Source of the DNA: an uncultured Bacilli bacterium
GTDB lineage: Bacteria; Bacillota_I; Bacilli_A; RF39; UBA660
NCBI GenBank assembly: GCA_944373065.1
Contig: CALWAJ010000001.1
Coordinates: forward strand, 1 to 50,472
Length of the DNA: 50,472 nucleotides
Reading direction: 5' to 3'
A program made the translations under genes and the position numbers. The notes below the pieces were generated by a model. The model saw only the letters and a program-made list of their open reading frames with translations, did not search any database and was not told the DNA's origin. Below are positions 47,508 through 50,472 of the stretch, piece after piece (position 1 is the stretch's first letter; each line of letters opens with the position of its first letter).

Positions 47508-47768
47508 CTACTTGTAGTTTCTAAATGCCTCAATAGTCGCTTTAATTAACTTTTTATTAAATCTAAATTGCCCCGACAATTGGAAATATATATTTGGAAC
47601 ATATTTTACTGCTTCCATTGCTAGATTAATATTACTATTAATTAATTCAACTAATATAGGAGAAACTTCATAGATTTTAGTATCCTTACTCATTACTTTT
47701 AGTATTTCTATAGCATCATTTCCATTAATTATCTTTACACCTACTCCAACATCATCTTTAGTTTCCAA
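47508..47768 (-). CDS. Hypothetical small protein (TTG start)
   Basis: 86-aa ORF with a strong RBS, AAAGGAGGTG, 4 nt upstream. Confidence 0.45.
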   Translation of the reverse strand: METKDDVGVGVKIINGNDAIEILKVMSKDTKIYEVSPILVELINSNINLAMEAVKYVPNIYFQLSGQFRFNKKLIKATIEAFRNYK

Positions 47769-47972
47769 TTTGCACCTCCTTTAACTACTAGTTAAACACA
47801 GTGTAATTTATTTACAACCCCCTAACAAAAATTAACAAAGAATAACAAAAAAAGATTATATTATTCATACAATCTTTTCATTTATATATTATTTTTATAA
47901 AATATTCATATCTTGAACATCTGCATTTAATAATCTGTTTATAATTTCTTTTACAATAATACCTAAATTATT

Positions 47973-48527
47973 TTATTTACTAACGTTGAAAGAATACTCA
48001 ATGTATGTAAATATTATTCTATCTGGAATATTTGCATCTATAGAGACATTTTGTAAATGCTCCAATGTTGGTTTTATTCCATCCGCCTCTTTACGCAACT
48101 GTGAAAGTATAATAATTGGCACATTATATTCTACTGCAATTGATTTTAATTCTCGCAATACATCATTACTTTCTTGGATATTAAAACGAATTTCTAATAA
48201 TTCTATATAATCAATAATAACTATATCTATATCTTTAGATTCTTCAAGAAATTTTTTTATGTCGTTCATAGATTTCGTATCAAGTCCATTAATGATATTT
48301 AAATTTTCATTAAGATAACTGTCATTTAGTCTTTCTTTAATACGTGAATATAAAAATTCTAGTGAACTCTCAAAATTAAAAAATAATATTTTTTTATTAT
48401 TTTCACTTGCTATTTCACTTGCTAATTTCAAACTAAAAAATGTCTTACCAGTGTATGTTCTTCCTGCTACGAGTATTAAATCATTAGAATTAATTGTTTT
48501 TGCTAATTCGTTTATCTCTTTATTCAT
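47973..48527 (-). CDS. Small RecA/DnaB_C/KaiC-like P-loop ATPase
   Basis: Walker A LVAGRTYTGKTFFSLKLA, Walker B IVIIDYIELL, then IIILSQLRKE (DnaB-like). Confidence 0.6.
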   Translation of the reverse strand: MNKEINELAKTINSNDLILVAGRTYTGKTFFSLKLASEIASENNKKILFFNFESSLEFLYSRIKERLNDSYLNENLNIINGLDTKSMNDIKKFLEESKDIDIVIIDYIELLEIRFNIQESNDVLRELKSIAVEYNVPIIILSQLRKEADGIKPTLEHLQNVSIDANIPDRIIFTYIEYSFNVSK

Positions 48528-48708
48528 AATTACCTCACTTCCTTGCTACATATGTTACCACAATTAAATATGTAATACAAACCTATTTTAGATTTCTAGT
48601 ATAATACCAACTAGCTTGCCAGTTAAACCAACTCTAACCCACAAAAAAGAGATTGCCAATATGTTGGCAACCTTTTAATAAAATAACAAATTAAAACGTT
48701 TTAAAACG

Positions 48709-50055
48709 TTAATTATATATAATATCTAAACACATTAAATATATCTTCTCATCTTCTAATGTAATATTAGAATCTTTATTTTCACTTTTTATATGCCAGT
48801 ATATTGGATTAAGCTCTAAACAAGCCTTTATCATATCAGTTTTAATTAAATATTCTTCTTTTGAATATAACCTTCTATCGGTTATTATTTTATTCTTCAC
48901 TCTTTTCTTAACTTTTAAAAACTCACCCATAGTCATTTCATTTACTGCTAATGGATTTTCTATTCTAACACATTTACAAAATCTGCTCCTCATTGCTTCC
49001 GTAATATCACCTTTAGAACATAGAGCTATTAAAGGCCTTTTAGTTTCTTCAATAAACTTTAATAATGCTCCTTGCCCTACTTTAGAAATAAAAGATAAAT
49101 CTCCGAAAGCTACTGTTTTTTCTGTTTCAAAATCATAAGTTGAAATAAATTTAATAACATCATCTGGTGTTTTTAAAAAATAAATATCATCACTATATAA
49201 TTCTTTAAACAATTTACAACCTAGTTCTCCCATTATAATAGTAGTCATAAACTCTTTTGCACTATTAATAGAACTTATTACTTTTTGTTTTTTACTATCA
49301 ATAATCATACTCATATCAGTTTGTTCTTTTTTCATTAAACTATGAGTTAAATAATGACAATCATTACCATAGAATATATCATTAAATAAACTAAATAATC
49401 TTAAAGTAGGATCATTTAAACACCTGCATAATTTAAAATGATTTTTAATAGCATTAGGTAATTTTCGCTTATATAAATAACAAAACTTTTGTTGTTTAGA
49501 GTATAGCCAATTATTAGTTATACTACTTACTTTATTTTCAACACTATTTATAATAAACATTATTAACATTTCTTCAATTTTATTTACATTTTTATCATTA
49601 CAACATTTTAAAAGCATAGCAAGGAATAATCTAGGACAGTCTATAACCTCTAACAAAGAGTTTACTGCAAACTCTGATTCAATATATAAATTTGGTAGCT
49701 CACCACATATCCATAGATATTTAAAGTAATAAAGAAATTCATCATATTTAGTTGTCATCAAGAAATAGTTGCTACTTGTTGGTTTTTTATTATGTTTTTT
49801 ATAAGCTAATTCAAGTAACGTTTCCCTATCATCTAAATTATAATCACCTGAACTAGATACAATGATATATGGTACATCACTTTTTTTAACTAATTCAAAT
49901 ATTAAACCACTACCAGAATATATAAATGGCTTATTGGTATTAATAGAGTAAATAACATCTTCTTTAGTTTTTACTATTCTAAATTTAGGATACATAAATT
50001 GTATAATACCAACATCACTACATATAACTTGCTTATTTATTAATTCGTCAAGCAT
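48709..50055 (-). CDS. Hypothetical protein with a C-terminal clamp-loader (DNA pol III delta/delta')-like AAA+ remnant
   Basis: TVAFGDLSFISKVGQGALLKFIEETKRPLIALCSKGDITEAMRSRFCKC parallels the D..(M)...A.NALLKTLEEP...TI.SRC signature. No intact Walker A is seen. Confidence 0.4.
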   Translation of the reverse strand: MLDELINKQVICSDVGIIQFMYPKFRIVKTKEDVIYSINTNKPFIYSGSGLIFELVKKSDVPYIIVSSSGDYNLDDRETLLELAYKKHNKKPTSSNYFLMTTKYDEFLYYFKYLWICGELPNLYIESEFAVNSLLEVIDCPRLFLAMLLKCCNDKNVNKIEEMLIMFIINSVENKVSSITNNWLYSKQQKFCYLYKRKLPNAIKNHFKLCRCLNDPTLRLFSLFNDIFYGNDCHYLTHSLMKKEQTDMSMIIDSKKQKVISSINSAKEFMTTIIMGELGCKLFKELYSDDIYFLKTPDDVIKFISTYDFETEKTVAFGDLSFISKVGQGALLKFIEETKRPLIALCSKGDITEAMRSRFCKCVRIENPLAVNEMTMGEFLKVKKRVKNKIITDRRLYSKEEYLIKTDMIKACLELNPIYWHIKSENKDSNITLEDEKIYLMCLDIIYN

Positions 50056-50080
50056 ACTTTATCACTCCTTAAAAATAACT

Positions 50081-50134
50081 CTGTGGACAAAAATAGTATA
50101 CTGTGGACGAAAATTTCAAATATTTTGTGGACAA
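50081..50134. promoter_or_regulatory. Cluster of three TGTGGAC(A/G)A motifs, inverted relative to the left-end cluster
   Basis: ctgtggacaa 50081-90, ctgtggacga 50101-10, tgtggacaa 50126-34. Confidence 0.6.
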
Positions 50135-50167
50135 AAAAATCAACTACTTCTTCTAGAAGCGTTGATT
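50133..50167 (-). terminator. Rho-independent terminator immediately downstream of the intact tRNA-Phe
   Basis: aatcaac / gttgatt stem enclosing the palindrome cttctagaag, with a 7-nt T-run on the minus strand. Confidence 0.65.
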
Positions 50168-50181
50168 TTATTAGCTTTTAA

Positions 50182-50257
50182 TGGTGGCTCCAGCGGGAAT
50201 CGAACCAGCGACACAAGGATTTTCAGTCCTTTGCTCTACCGACTGAGCTATGAAGCC
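50182..50257 (-). tRNA. tRNA-Phe: tRNA-Phe (anticodon GAA), intact, CCA encoded
   Basis: The reverse complement folds as GGCTTCA-TA-GCTC-AGTCGGTA-GAGC-A-AAGGA-CTGAAAA-TCCTT-GTGTC-GCTGG-TTCGATT-CCCGC-TGGAGCC-A-CCA. There is one T-stem mismatch (U51/C63). Confidence 0.9.
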
Positions 50258-50314
50258 ATTTCGTTTAAATTAATCTAAATAGGAACAAGTGTGATAAAAT
50301 ACGTTTATTCTATT

Positions 50315-50335
50315 TTGTCCACACTCTGTCCACAG
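50315..50335. promoter_or_regulatory. Two more GTCCACA motifs between the intact and the decayed tRNA-Phe copies
   Basis: ttgtccaca 50315-23 and ctgtccacag 50326-35, in the same orientation as the left-end cluster. Confidence 0.55.
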
Positions 50336-50400
50336 ACTAATTTAAAGCTCTAGTTTATATATATCAAAGCTCCTTGAAATATAAGCATAAAACTTATATT

Positions 50401-50461
50401 GTGGCAGAACCTAGGACAAAGGATTTTCAGTCCTTTGCTCTACCGACTGAGCTATGAAGCC
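50401..50461 (-). pseudogene. Decayed tRNA-Phe copy: nt 1-43 are perfect, the 3' half is degenerate with a T-arm deletion
   Basis: 50419-50461 is identical to 50215-50257. Downstream it reads TGTCCTAGGTTC--TGCCAC, against GTGTCGCTGGTTCGATTCCCGCTGGAGCCACCA in the intact gene. Confidence 0.75.
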
Positions 50462-50472
50462 AAAAAAAATGG

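Larger units (their letters stand above)
28705..50257. mobile_element. ~21.5-kb integrative element inserted in tRNA-Phe (tyrosine integrase, Xis-like, replication module, cargo). Not a recognisable prophage or ICE.
   Basis: 47-bp direct repeats of the tRNA-Phe 3' part at both ends, with the integrase next to the left repeat. The gene content switches from core to hypothetical or replication-type genes. The outer boundary could instead be 50432 (see findings). Confidence 0.8.

Noticed and set aside
28705-50257. Calling the integrated element a prophage, a PICI-type satellite or an ICE.
   Set aside because: I recognise no terminase, portal, capsid, tail or lysis genes, and no relaxase or T4SS genes. 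Only integration, replication-type and cargo genes are evident, so the class is left open.

Overview
This window is a very AT-rich (roughly 25% GC by eye) chromosome segment from a spore-forming Bacillota. Order-level placement, for example Erysipelotrichales or Clostridia, is only a guess. Almost all genes are on the minus strand.

The left ~28.7 kb is host chromosome:
- The conserved rlmN-prpC-prkC-rsgA-rpe block.
- An Rpn/PD-(D/E)XK transposase-like gene.
- A SigF/SigG-type sigma factor and spoVAC-spoVAD-spoVAE.
- Duplicated surface-protein genes with a duplicated regulatory module.
- yqeK and an orphan histidine kinase.
- Two paralogous proteins built from 34-aa tandem repeats.
- A tandem pair of Cys-rich CotY/CotZ-like spore-coat genes.
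- A SEDS (RodA/FtsW) gene, a GT4 glycosyltransferase, tRNA-Ala and dedA.
- radC-mreC-mreD followed by spoIVFA/spoIVFB-like genes.

The right ~21.5 kb (about 28.7-50.3 kb) is an integrated mobile element in tRNA-Phe. It is bounded by a 47-bp direct repeat. It carries:
- A tyrosine integrase plus an Xis-like gene, and a serine recombinase.
- Many replication-type genes: two DnaB_C/RecA-like ATPases, an SSB-like protein, a DnaD-like protein, a DnaA-domain-III-only protein and a clamp-loader-like protein.
- A PcfJ/PcfK-like pair and two XRE regulators.
- A Zn-ribbon membrane-protein/thioredoxin cassette containing a 545-bp perfect repeat.
- A candidate nuclease plus PUA-like two-gene module.
- A 600-bp non-coding region with a GC-rich island.

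I recognise no capsid, tail, terminase or conjugation genes, so I do not call it a prophage or an ICE.

The signals most worth follow-up:
- The three-part tRNA-Phe architecture.
- The GTCCACA (DnaA-box-like) clusters at the element ends, together with the headless/tailless DnaA paralog.
- The repeat-protein paralogs.
- The uncharacterised cargo modules.

All functional calls come from motif recognition by eye. No database search was run.
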